Below are positions 18,773 through 28,498 of a stretch of DNA of 64,000 nt, piece by piece (within the stretch, counting starts at the first letter, position 1; each line of letters starts with the position of its first letter). The notes beneath the pieces were generated by a model, which was not told where the DNA came from, did no database searches, and saw only the letters and a program-made list of their open reading frames with translations. Source of the stretch: an uncultured SAR86 cluster bacterium (GTDB lineage Bacteria > Pseudomonadota > Gammaproteobacteria > Magnimaribacterales > D2472); NCBI GenBank assembly GCA_902630885.1, contig CACOWI010000003.1, forward strand, positions 64,939 to 128,938, read 5' to 3'. Position numbers and translations under genes: made by a program.

Positions 18773-19867
18773 ATGAATTTAAATTATAACGAAGAACAAA
18801 CAATGCTTCGTGAACAGATCCAGAAATTCTGTGAATCTGAATATGATTTTTATAAAAGAGAAGATATTGTAAAGTCTTCAAATGACTTTGATCCAAATGT
18901 TTGGAAATTATTCGCAGATCAAGGATGGTTATCTATGCCATTTTCTGAAGACTCAGGCGGATTAGGTTTTGGCGCTATCGAACTTTCAATTTTATTTGAA
19001 GAATTTGGTAAAGCTCTTGTAATTGAGCCATATCTAGCAACTGTTGTTCTATCAGGCACATTAATAGATAAGTCATCTTATTCAAATAAAAAAGATATTA
19101 TTGATAAAATTTGTCAAGGTGAAAAACATATTTCCCTTGCTTACGCTGAGGTTGATAAAAGTTATGATTATTTAACACCCAATACTTCATTAGATTCAGA
19201 TAATATTCTTAATGGTGCCAAAACTTTAGTATTAAACGCTTCTAACGCTGATAATTTGATTGTCACATGCAAAAAAGATAATGAATTAAATCTTGTTATT
19301 ATGGATTCTAATGCTGAAGGTATTTCGATAAATTCATACTCAACAGTTGATGGTCAATCATGTTCAGAGATTTCGTTTGAAAACGTAAAACTTGATGCTT
19401 CTAATATATTATCATCTGGTGATGAGGCTGAATCTCTGATTAAGGAAACAATTAATCTTGCTACTTTGTGCATAAGTGCTGAAGCAGTTGGATTAATGGA
19501 ATCTTGCTATCATAAAACTCTTGAATATACGAAAGGTAGGGAACAATTTGGACAACCTATATCTAACTTTCAAGTTCTTCAACATAGAATGGTTGATATG
19601 TTTATTGAATCAGAGTTAGCAAAATCATTACTCATAAAAGCAATGCTCGAAGTCAATAATGGCTCTGAAGAAATGTATAAACACGTTTCAGCGCTCAAAT
19701 CTTATATTGGGAAATCAGGCAAACTATCTGCAAAAGAAGCTGTTCAGCTTCATGGAGGAATGGGTGTTAGCGAAGAATTGATGATTGGGCACTATTTAAA
19801 GAAAATGATCTCGATTGATGCATTATTTGGAAATGCTGATTATCATCTTAAAACTTTTTCATCTTAG
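18773..19867 (+). CDS. Acyl-CoA dehydrogenase family protein (divergent, putative non-catalytic partner)
   Basis: ACAD fold signatures REQFGQPISNFQVLQHRMVDM and VQLHGGMGVSEE. The S/T-E-P..GSD motif is replaced by AYAEVDKSYDY. Lies 2 nt after the preceding ACAD. Confidence 0.8.
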   Translation: MNLNYNEEQTMLREQIQKFCESEYDFYKREDIVKSSNDFDPNVWKLFADQGWLSMPFSEDSGGLGFGAIELSILFEEFGKALVIEPYLATVVLSGTLIDKSSYSNKKDIIDKICQGEKHISLAYAEVDKSYDYLTPNTSLDSDNILNGAKTLVLNASNADNLIVTCKKDNELNLVIMDSNAEGISINSYSTVDGQSCSEISFENVKLDASNILSSGDEAESLIKETINLATLCISAEAVGLMESCYHKTLEYTKGREQFGQPISNFQVLQHRMVDMFIESELAKSLLIKAMLEVNNGSEEMYKHVSALKSYIGKSGKLSAKEAVQLHGGMGVSEELMIGHYLKKMISIDALFGNADYHLKTFSS

Positions 19868-19906
19868 TTTATTTTGGAATTTCATTAAACAATCTATAAT
19901 CAAATC

Positions 19907-21409
19907 ATGAGTGATAACAGGGATATCAATCTTCAGTCAACAAAAAGACAAAAAAGGATTTTACCTGAAGATTCTTTTGGAGATTGGAAGTGGAGAGAAG
20001 GTTTAGCGGAACTTATGGTTCCTATAATAGGCTCTTTATATAGGAATGGTATAAATATTCTGATTTATGGCAAATCTCTAGTAAATGAATCGCCAGTTGC
20101 AATTATGAAAGCGCATCGCTTTGCTAGACAATCTGATAATAATGAATTGAGTGAATTAGAAACTTATCCAATATTAAAATATATTCAAACACTAAATTTA
20201 GCTGATTGTGAAATAGATGTTGGTGAAATTGCGGTTAAATGTCCTTTTTTTGATGAAATAAAGAAAGATGATTCAAAAATTCAAAGTTATATTGACGATG
20301 AATTAAAGTCTGTTATAAATAAAAATTCAAATCGACCATCAGAACCAGCCAATATTGTTTTGTATGGTTTTGGTAGAATTGGAAGACTTGTTGCAAGAAT
20401 GATGACACAAACAACTGGCCCTGGTAATTATTTTAAGCTCAGAGCCATTGTTATAAGAAAAGCAACTGACGATGATATTTTTAAAAGGGCTAGTTTATTA
20501 ACAAAAGATTCAGTTCATGGACCCTTCGACGGCACAGTTAGAGTTGATGAAGAAAATTCATCTTTGGTAATAAATGGAAATCCAGTAAAGATAATATATG
20601 CCTCAAGTCCTGAAAAAGTTAAATATGCAGACCACGATATAAAAGATCCAGTTGTTATTGATAATACTGGTATTTGGAGAGATGAAGAAGCATTATCTGT
20701 TCATATTAACTCAGGAGCCTCAAAGGTCATTTTAACTGCGCCTGCTAAAGGTGATATCAAAAATATTGTCTATGGAATAAATGACGCTATTCTTGATGAA
20801 AAAGATCAACTCATTTCTGCGGCATCTTGTACAACTAATGCTATTGTTCCAGTTTTAAAAACTATAAATGATGAGTATGGTATAAATGGTGGTCATATTG
20901 AAACAGTTCATGCCTATACAAATGATCAAAATCTAATTGATAATTTTCATAAAAAAGATAGGCGAGGCAGAGGTGCTCCATTAAATATGGTTATTACATC
21001 AACTGGAGCTGTAAATGCTGTTGCAAAAGCTTTGCCTGAACTTAAAGGTAAATTAACCGGTAATGCTATTCGTGTTCCAACTCCAAACGTCAGTCTTGCA
21101 ATATTATCGTTAGAATTAAATCAAAAAGTGACTGTTGATTCAGTTAACGATTATCTAAGATCAATTGCTTTTCATTCAAAATATAGAGAGATAATTGGGT
21201 ATGTAAATTCATCAGAAATAGTTTCTACTGATTTCTATTCATCACCATTTGCAACAATAATTGACTCTCAAGCAACAATAACAAATGATAAAAGAGTTAC
21301 ACTTTATTGTTGGTACGACAATGAGTATGGATATACTAAACAAGTAATTAGTTTGGCTAAAAAAGTAGCTAAGATTGATCTCCCAAGATTACCTAAACCA
21401 ATTAGTTAA
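19907..21409 (+). CDS. Glyceraldehyde-3-phosphate dehydrogenase, long form with N-terminal extension
   Basis: Rossmann VLYGFGRIGR starts about residue 150. Catalytic SAASCTTNA and WYDNEYGY are present. Located between mfd and nqrA. Confidence 0.85.
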   Translation: MSDNRDINLQSTKRQKRILPEDSFGDWKWREGLAELMVPIIGSLYRNGINILIYGKSLVNESPVAIMKAHRFARQSDNNELSELETYPILKYIQTLNLADCEIDVGEIAVKCPFFDEIKKDDSKIQSYIDDELKSVINKNSNRPSEPANIVLYGFGRIGRLVARMMTQTTGPGNYFKLRAIVIRKATDDDIFKRASLLTKDSVHGPFDGTVRVDEENSSLVINGNPVKIIYASSPEKVKYADHDIKDPVVIDNTGIWRDEEALSVHINSGASKVILTAPAKGDIKNIVYGINDAILDEKDQLISAASCTTNAIVPVLKTINDEYGINGGHIETVHAYTNDQNLIDNFHKKDRRGRGAPLNMVITSTGAVNAVAKALPELKGKLTGNAIRVPTPNVSLAILSLELNQKVTVDSVNDYLRSIAFHSKYREIIGYVNSSEIVSTDFYSSPFATIIDSQATITNDKRVTLYCWYDNEYGYTKQVISLAKKVAKIDLPRLPKPIS

Positions 21410-21493
21410 AAACGTAGAATCCTAGGCACTTTAGCCTTATAATTCTATTGTTTTTTATTGTTTCAAACGTAACTTTATAAAGGCACACAAAAA

Positions 21494-22810
21494 GTGATAA
21501 AAATATCAAAAGGTCTTGATTTACCAATATCAGGCTCGCCTATGAATACAATCTCCGACGAACCTAAAGTTTCGTCTGTAGCACTATTGTCTAATGATTT
21601 TATTGGCATGAAACCAACTATGTTAGTTAAAGAGGGAGATTCAGTAAAAGTTGGCCAAAAAATTTTTGAGGATAAAAAAAATATCGGTGTTTTTTTTACA
21701 TCACCTGCAGGTGGTATTGTAAAGAACATTAATAGGGGCGATAAAAGAAAATTTTTATCGATTGAGATTGAAATTGAAGATAATGAAAAATTTATAAATT
21801 TTGAAATAGGTAAATCTCCTGATGAAATTAAAAAAAGTCTTATTGATTCTGGATTGTGGAATGCCTTCAGAACAAGACCATTTAATAGAACACCTGGGAT
21901 AAGCGATACTCCAAATGCAGTTTTTATAAACTGTTGCGACAGTAATCCACTTTCAATAGACCCCATTGAAATAATTTCTCATAACAAACTAGAATTTGAT
22001 ATAGGTTTAGATGTTATATCGAATTTATTTGATTGTGATTTAAATCTGTCCTATCAAAATGATAATTTTGATACATCAAATGATAAGATCAATTATTATC
22101 AATTTAAAGGTCCGCATCCATCTGGTCTATCAAGCACTCACATATCTAAAATTTATCCTGTAAATTTAAATAGAACCGTATGGACAATCAATTATCAAGA
22201 TATTATTTCTATAGGTTTTTTAAAAGAAAATAATCAAATAAGGACGTCTAAATATATTTCTCTGGGAGGACCATCAGTTTACGAGCCGTCATTACTTAAA
22301 ATTAGAATTGGGGGAAATATTGACGAAATTACTGCTGGCAAAGTGGAACCTAATTCCAGAATAATCTCTGGATCCGTTTTGCATGGTCATGAATCTGAGG
22401 GTGTTATGAATTATTTGGGTTATTATGATTCACAAATATCTGTAATTAAAGATGAAGTTAATGAAATATTTATGAATTGGTTAATGCCAGGCACTTCATT
22501 ACATTCAAAATTAAATGTTTTTTTGTCATCATTTATTAAACCAGACAAATATATATTCAATACCTCTATCGGAGGTGGAAATAGGGCAATAGTTCCAATT
22601 TCTTCATACGAGGAAGTAATACCTATGGATATACTCGTTACACAGCTCTTAAAAGCATTAGTGGTATCAGATGTTGATATGGCAATTGATTTGGGTATGT
22701 TAGAACTTGTGCCTGAAGATTTGGCATTATGCTCATATGTCTGTCCAAGTAAGTATGATTATTCATCAATTTTGATGGATAATTTAAACAAACTGTATTT
22801 AGAATCATGA
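21494..22810 (+). CDS. nqrA: Na+-translocating NADH:quinone reductase subunit A
   Basis: GTG start. MIKISKGLDLPISGSP matches the NqrA N-terminus. First gene of the nqrA-F set. Confidence 0.9.
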   Translation: MIKISKGLDLPISGSPMNTISDEPKVSSVALLSNDFIGMKPTMLVKEGDSVKVGQKIFEDKKNIGVFFTSPAGGIVKNINRGDKRKFLSIEIEIEDNEKFINFEIGKSPDEIKKSLIDSGLWNAFRTRPFNRTPGISDTPNAVFINCCDSNPLSIDPIEIISHNKLEFDIGLDVISNLFDCDLNLSYQNDNFDTSNDKINYYQFKGPHPSGLSSTHISKIYPVNLNRTVWTINYQDIISIGFLKENNQIRTSKYISLGGPSVYEPSLLKIRIGGNIDEITAGKVEPNSRIISGSVLHGHESEGVMNYLGYYDSQISVIKDEVNEIFMNWLMPGTSLHSKLNVFLSSFIKPDKYIFNTSIGGGNRAIVPISSYEEVIPMDILVTQLLKALVVSDVDMAIDLGMLELVPEDLALCSYVCPSKYDYSSILMDNLNKLYLES

Positions 22811-24036
22811 AAATTTTAAGAAATTATCTTGATGATATTAAACCAAACTTTGTAAGTGATGGCAGATATGTTAAGTGGTTTCCTTTGTTTGATGCAATTG
22901 AAAATTTACTCTTCTCATATGGCAAAAAAACTAAAAACCCAATACATGTTAGAGATGCTGTAGATATTCAAAAAGTAATGGTTACAGTTTGGTTAGCTAC
23001 ATTTCCTGCAATGTTTTTTGGTATGTATAACCTTGGAGCTAATTCTCTTGAATATTTAGAATCAATCAATCAACAAAATACAGGTGATTGGCATCATTAT
23101 TTCGTAAGTATTGTTGGTTACGATGCAAATAGTTTTGTTAGTAAATTATGGTTTGGTGCATGCTATTTTTTACCAATATATTTTGTTGTTTTCACTGTTG
23201 GCATTGCTTGGGAAGCTTTATTTGCAATTATTAGAAAACATGAGATAAATGAAGGTGCTTTTGTTTCAACAGTTTTATTTGCTTTAAGTTGTCCACCTGA
23301 CATACCTCTTTGGCAAGCTGCTATGGGTATATCATTTGGTTTGGTTATAGGAAAAGAAATATTTGGTGGAACTGGTAAAAATTTTTTAAATCCTGCATTA
23401 ACTGGCAGAGCTTTTCTTTATTTTGCTTATCCAGCACAAATATCAGGTGATAAAGTTTGGGTTGCAGGCATTTCAGATTACAACATAATTCCTGAAGGTT
23501 ATAGCGGTGCAACGGCTCTTGGTGTAGCTGCTGAAAGTGGGATGGCTGGCATAACAAGTTCATATACCTGGATGGATGCATTCTTAGGCAATATACCTGG
23601 TTCTGTTGGTGAAACATCAATCATTGCTATTATGATTGGATTAGCTGTTTTATTGGTTACTAAAGTTGCATCTTATAGAATTGTTTTAGGGACTTTTGTA
23701 GGAATGATATTAATGTCATCACTTTTAAATATAGTTGGCTCTGATACTAATCCAATGTTTGCTATTCCGTGGTATTGGCATGCTGTTATAGGAAGTTTTG
23801 CTTTTGGATTGGTATTTATGGCTACAGAACCAGTATCAGGATCTGGAACTAATACAGGCAGATGGATATACGGAATTGTAATTGGAGTTACAGTTATTCT
23901 AATAAGAGTTATTAATCCAGCATTCCCTGAGGGAATGATGTTGGCAATTCTATTTGCAAATCTTTTAGCGCCTGTTATTGATCATATGGTTGTAATGTCT
24001 AACATTAAAAGAAGAAAGGCTTTGTTCAATGAATGA
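22807..24036 (+). CDS. nqrB: Na+-NQR subunit B
   Basis: Polytopic membrane protein with FMN-attachment-type motif YSGATALG. ATGA overlap with nqrA. Confidence 0.9.
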   Translation: MKILRNYLDDIKPNFVSDGRYVKWFPLFDAIENLLFSYGKKTKNPIHVRDAVDIQKVMVTVWLATFPAMFFGMYNLGANSLEYLESINQQNTGDWHHYFVSIVGYDANSFVSKLWFGACYFLPIYFVVFTVGIAWEALFAIIRKHEINEGAFVSTVLFALSCPPDIPLWQAAMGISFGLVIGKEIFGGTGKNFLNPALTGRAFLYFAYPAQISGDKVWVAGISDYNIIPEGYSGATALGVAAESGMAGITSSYTWMDAFLGNIPGSVGETSIIAIMIGLAVLLVTKVASYRIVLGTFVGMILMSSLLNIVGSDTNPMFAIPWYWHAVIGSFAFGLVFMATEPVSGSGTNTGRWIYGIVIGVTVILIRVINPAFPEGMMLAILFANLLAPVIDHMVVMSNIKRRKALFNE

Positions 24037-24802
24037 ATCAATTATTAAAACTATAGGAGTTGCATTTGCAGTATGTCTAGTTTGCTCATTAGTAGTCTCT
24101 ACTTCTGCAGTAAGCTTAAGAGATCTTCAAAAAGAAAATAAACTCAATGATAAAAGAATTAAAATTCTTCAAGTTGCTGATATATATGACCCAAATACGT
24201 CAATAGCAGAACAATTTTCTGAGTTAGAGTCGAAATTTATTGACTTTAATACTGGTTTAACAATGGATGAGTATAATAATTTCAATATAGATGATTACGA
24301 TCAAATTTTAGTCACAAAAGATCCAAATTTCTCGACTAAGGTTCCAGCATCTGAAGATATTGCGATTATTAAAAATAGAGAAAATGTTGGAAAAATTTAT
24401 ATATTAAGGAATGAGTTAGGCGGTATTGATAAACTAGTTTTACCAATTCGTGGATATGGGTTATGGGGAACTTTATACGGTTATATTTCTATTGAAGATG
24501 ATTTCAATACTGTTTCGGGTATTGAATTTTATGATCATAAAGAAACTCCTGGCTTAGGTGCAGAAGTTGACAATCCAAAATGGAAAGCTCAATGGAGAGG
24601 AAAAAAAATATACAAAGATAATCAAGTTAATTTATCTGTAATCAAAGGCAAAGTTGAAGAGGGCGATTCAGATTCATCATATAAAATTGATGGTCTATCT
24701 GGGGCAACCATTACAAGCAGAGGTGTATCAAATATGGTAGCTTACTGGTTTGGTGAGTCAGGTTATTCATCATTATTAAGAGAGTTAGATTATGAATCTT
24801 AA
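24029..24802 (+). CDS. nqrC: Na+-NQR subunit C
   Basis: Single N-terminal TM. FMN attachment motif [11 protein letters not shown]. Confidence 0.9.
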   Translation: MNESIIKTIGVAFAVCLVCSLVVSTSAVSLRDLQKENKLNDKRIKILQVADIYDPNTSIAEQFSELESKFIDFNTGLTMDEYNNFNIDDYDQILVTKDPNFSTKVPASEDIAIIKNRENVGKIYILRNELGGIDKLVLPIRGYGLWGTLYGYISIEDDFNTVSGIEFYDHKETPGLGAEVDNPKWKAQWRGKKIYKDNQVNLSVIKGKVEEGDSDSSYKIDGLSGATITSRGVSNMVAYWFGESGYSSLLRELDYES

Positions 24803-25478
24803 ACAGTATCAAGATGTAATAATAAAACCTCTTATTGATGAAAATCCAATAACGCTTCAAATACTTGGTATTTGTTCTGCATTGGCAGTTACAAATAATC
24901 TTTCTGTGACTCTAGTAATGTGTGCAGCTGTAATAAGCGTAGTTTCTTTTTCAAATTTATTTATATCTTTAATTAGAAACTATATTCCTTCCAGCATTAG
25001 AATTATCGTTCAAATGACAATCATCGCTTCACTAGTAATAGTAGTTGATGAATTGTTAAAAGCTTACGATTATGAGACTAGTAAAAAGCTTTCTGTGTTT
25101 GTGGGTTTAATTATTACTAATTGCATTGTAATGGGTCGTGCTGAAGCTTTTGCCATGAAACAAAAACCTCTATTAAGCTTCTTAGATGGCCTGGGTAATG
25201 GTATTGGATATAGTTTAATTTTAATTGGAGTTGCAACTATCAGAGAACTCTTTGGGGCAGGAACTTTATTTGGTTACGAGATACTCCCACTAATTTCCAA
25301 CGGTGGGTGGTACATGGGTAATAACTTACTTCTGCTTCCACCAAGTTCTTTTATCATTATCGGTTTATTTATATGGTTAATAAGATCTTTGAGATCTGAT
25401 CAGATTGAAGAGGATGATTTTTTTGTGTCAAAACATTCAACTAGTCCTGATTTAACAAAAAGAGAAATAAATGTTTGA
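24792..25478 (+). CDS. nqrD: Na+-NQR subunit D
   Basis: [17 protein letters not shown] and hydrophobic profile. Position in the operon. Confidence 0.9.
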   Translation: MNLKQYQDVIIKPLIDENPITLQILGICSALAVTNNLSVTLVMCAAVISVVSFSNLFISLIRNYIPSSIRIIVQMTIIASLVIVVDELLKAYDYETSKKLSVFVGLIITNCIVMGRAEAFAMKQKPLLSFLDGLGNGIGYSLILIGVATIRELFGAGTLFGYEILPLISNGGWYMGNNLLLLPPSSFIIIGLFIWLIRSLRSDQIEEDDFFVSKHSTSPDLTKREINV

Positions 25479-26082
25479 ACATTATTTAAGTATATTTATA
25501 ACAACTGTTTTTATAGAGAATATAGCTTTATCTCTTTTTTTAGGAATGTGTACATTCATTGCTATATCAAAAAAAATTGATGCAGCTTTTGGTTTAGGAA
25601 TTGCAGTTATAGTAGTCTGCTTAATTACGGTCCCTTTAAATAACTTAATTTATAACTATATATTAAGAGAAGATGCTTTAACTTGGATCGGTATAGAAGG
25701 TTCAAATTTAGAATTTGTTGAGCTGATAAGTTATATCGGTGTCATAGCTGCAAGCGTGCAAATTTTAGAAATGTTTTTAGATAAATATGTCCCTGCTTTG
25801 TATAATGCACTTGGTCAATTTTTACCACTTATTACGGTGAATTGTGCAATATTAGGAGCTTCACTGTTCATGGTTGAAAAAGATTTAATGTTTGTAGAAA
25901 GCATAGTATATGGATTTGGTGCTGGTTTTGGATGGGCATTAGCTATTGTTGTATTGGCCGGTATAAGAGAAAAGCTAAAATACTCTGATATACCTGACGG
26001 ATTAAAAGGGCTAGGTACAACTTTTATTATCGTGGGATTAATGAGTTTTGGATTTATGTCATTTGGAGGAATTTCACTTTAG
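25471..26082 (+). CDS. nqrE: Na+-NQR subunit E
   Basis: [16 protein letters not shown] and [10 protein letters not shown] (RnfA/NqrE type). Position in the operon. Confidence 0.9.
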   Translation: MFEHYLSIFITTVFIENIALSLFLGMCTFIAISKKIDAAFGLGIAVIVVCLITVPLNNLIYNYILREDALTWIGIEGSNLEFVELISYIGVIAASVQILEMFLDKYVPALYNALGQFLPLITVNCAILGASLFMVEKDLMFVESIVYGFGAGFGWALAIVVLAGIREKLKYSDIPDGLKGLGTTFIIVGLMSFGFMSFGGISL

Positions 26083-26083
26083 T

Positions 26084-27310
26084 ATGAGTACTGATTTAAT
26101 TTTAGGAGTTACAGCTTTTAGTGGAATTATTATTTTACTTGTTCTTGTTATTATTTTTGCAAGATCAAAACTCGTATCAACCGGTAATGTTGCAATTGAA
26201 ATTAATGGGGATGCAAATAACCCGATTGTAGTCCCAGCTGGCGCTAAACTTTTACAAACATTAGCTGATAATAATATATTTCTAGCTTCTGCCTGTGGTG
26301 GTGGTGGAACATGTAGTCAGTGTAAGTGCCAAGTCTTTGAAGGAGGAGGGTCTATATTAGCTGCTGAAGAGTCACACTTTAACTCAACACAACAAAAAGA
26401 TGGTTGGAGATTGTCATGCCAAGTGCCAGTAAAAAATGACTTAAAAATTGCAGTACCTGAAGATGTTTTTGGTGTTAAAGAATGGGAGTGTGAAGTAATA
26501 TCAAATGAGAATGTTGCAACTTTTATCAAAGAATTGGTTCTTAAGTTGCCAGAGGGTGAAAATGTAGATTTTAGAGCAGGTGGATATGTTCAACTCGAAG
26601 CGCCTGCATATGATCTTGATTATAAAGATTTTGATATTGACAAAGAGTATCACGAAGATTGGGATAGATTTAAGATTTGGGACAACAAATCATCTACTAG
26701 AGAACCTGTTATTAGGGCTTACTCAATGGCTAATTATCCTGAAGAAAAAGGCATTATTAAATTTAATATAAGGATTGCTTCGCCACCTCCTGGTCAAGAT
26801 GTTCCACCCGGATTAATGTCCTCCTGGACTTTTGGTCTTAAACCAGGAGATAAAGTTAAAGTTTTTGGTCCATTTGGTGAGTTCTTTGCTAAAGAAACCG
26901 ATGCTGAAATGGTTTTTGTCGGTGGTGGAGCAGGCATGGCACCCATGAGATCTCATATATTTGATCAATTACTAAGAATTAATACCAATAGGAAGATTAC
27001 ATTCTGGTATGGAGCTAGAAGTCTCAAAGAGATGTTTTATGTAAATGAATTTGATGAATTAGCAAAGAAATATGACAACTTTGAATGGCATGTAGCATTA
27101 TCCGACCCATTACCAGAAGATGACTGGGATGGAGAAACTGGTTTTATTCATAATGTTCTATATGAAAATTACCTAAAAAGTCATGATGCTCCTGAAGATT
27201 GTGAATACTATATGTGTGGTCCACCAATGATGAATAAGGCAGTAATTGATATGTTAATTAATTTAGGCGTTGAGCCTGAAAATATTGCTTTAGATGACTT
27301 TGGCGGCTAA
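26084..27310 (+). CDS. nqrF: Na+-NQR subunit F
   Basis: ATG 26084 (MSTDLILGV...) lies directly after the nqrE stop; the track start 26048 overlaps nqrE. TM anchor, 2Fe-2S ferredoxin motif [12 protein letters not shown], and FAD/NADH domain [18 protein letters not shown]. Confidence 0.9.
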   Translation: MSTDLILGVTAFSGIIILLVLVIIFARSKLVSTGNVAIEINGDANNPIVVPAGAKLLQTLADNNIFLASACGGGGTCSQCKCQVFEGGGSILAAEESHFNSTQQKDGWRLSCQVPVKNDLKIAVPEDVFGVKEWECEVISNENVATFIKELVLKLPEGENVDFRAGGYVQLEAPAYDLDYKDFDIDKEYHEDWDRFKIWDNKSSTREPVIRAYSMANYPEEKGIIKFNIRIASPPPGQDVPPGLMSSWTFGLKPGDKVKVFGPFGEFFAKETDAEMVFVGGGAGMAPMRSHIFDQLLRINTNRKITFWYGARSLKEMFYVNEFDELAKKYDNFEWHVALSDPLPEDDWDGETGFIHNVLYENYLKSHDAPEDCEYYMCGPPMMNKAVIDMLINLGVEPENIALDDFGG

Positions 27311-27321
27311 TTAAAATTACT

Positions 27322-28311
27322 GTGACTAGATATTTTTTATCAAAAGTATTGGCGCTATTTGCAGGAATAGTTTTAATATTTGTTGCATACAATCATAATT
27401 CGAATTCATTATATGTAATATCAGGTAAAGCTTACGGAACTACCTGGTCTGTATCGTCTCCTGAATACATCGCAGATAATCACAAGGATTCAATAAAAAA
27501 AATTATTTATGAGGTGGATTATGTAGCCTCAAACTACAAATCTGAATCCGAGATCTCAAAAATTAATATTAATTTTAATGAATATCAATTTGTTTCAGAT
27601 GACCTTTTTAATATTTTAAAAATTGCCAAAAGTGTTGAGTCTGTTTCTGAAGGATATTACAACATAATGTTAGGTAAAATTTCTAGTAATTTAGGATTTG
27701 CGCCAGATTTTGGTATAAATCCACTTCAAAAAAAATCATCAACATATCGACTAGATGAAACAAATAACTCACTTATTAGATACTCTGATAATTGGTTTGA
27801 CTTATCATCAATTGCTAAAGGTTATGCTGTACAAAAAATTCATGATTATCTATCTAATAATAATTTAAATAATCATTTAATTGATATTGGAGGAGAATTA
27901 ATAATAAGTGGTAAAAAAAATGGTAAGCCATGGAATGTTGGGATACAAAATCCTTTATCCAATGTTAATAGTTCAACCACAACAATTAATAATAAAAATC
28001 ATAATTTTCTTGCTATTGCTACGTCTGGTGAATATAGAAACTTCAAATTAGATAATGACGGAAATAAAATAACACATACTATTAATCCGCAAACACTTTC
28101 TTCAATTGATAACGATATTTTATCGGTTACTGTAATCAATGAAAATTCAGCTACCTATGCTGACGCATATGCAACAGCATTTAATGCAATGGGTAAAAAT
28201 AATGCAATTAGAATTGCTAATAACAACAATATTGCAACAATGATTATTTACAAAAATGACGATGATAAAGATATTGTTTTTTCAGATAAATGGTATGATT
28301 TGTTTTTATGA
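27322..28311 (+). CDS. apbE: FAD:protein FMN transferase ApbE
   Basis: GTG start. GKAYGTTWSV, SSIAKGYAV and ATSGEYRNF. Canonical position after nqrF. Confidence 0.85.
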   Translation: MTRYFLSKVLALFAGIVLIFVAYNHNSNSLYVISGKAYGTTWSVSSPEYIADNHKDSIKKIIYEVDYVASNYKSESEISKININFNEYQFVSDDLFNILKIAKSVESVSEGYYNIMLGKISSNLGFAPDFGINPLQKKSSTYRLDETNNSLIRYSDNWFDLSSIAKGYAVQKIHDYLSNNNLNNHLIDIGGELIISGKKNGKPWNVGIQNPLSNVNSSTTTINNKNHNFLAIATSGEYRNFKLDNDGNKITHTINPQTLSSIDNDILSVTVINENSATYADAYATAFNAMGKNNAIRIANNNNIATMIIYKNDDDKDIVFSDKWYDLFL

Positions 28312-28484
28312 ATGAGCTAATACTGTCATTTTTAATTATAGCTTTTGCATTTACTGGCCTTGCAGTTGGTCTAATTTTTAAAAATCAACCAATCAAAGGT
28401 TCTTGTGGAGGAATGGCTAATCTTGAAGATGGTTCTACTTGTGAAATATGCGGTAGGTCAGATCTTGAAAATTGTAATGATTAG
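28308..28484 (+). CDS. nqrM: Na+-NQR maturation protein NqrM (58 aa)
   Basis: Absent from the ORF track (too short). My translation is MNELILSFLIIAFAFTGLAVGLIFKNQPIKGSCGGMANLEDGSTCEICGRSDLENCND: one TM followed by a Cys cluster. ATGA overlap with the apbE stop. Canonical position. Confidence 0.75.
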   Translation: MNELILSFLIIAFAFTGLAVGLIFKNQPIKGSCGGMANLEDGSTCEICGRSDLENCND

Positions 28485-28498
28485 ATCATTATTAAACG

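Noticed and set aside
21475-21966. 163-aa ORF antisense to the 5' part of nqrA
   Set aside because: It fully overlaps a confidently identified nqrA on the other strand, has no recognisable motifs and has no room for its own expression signals.
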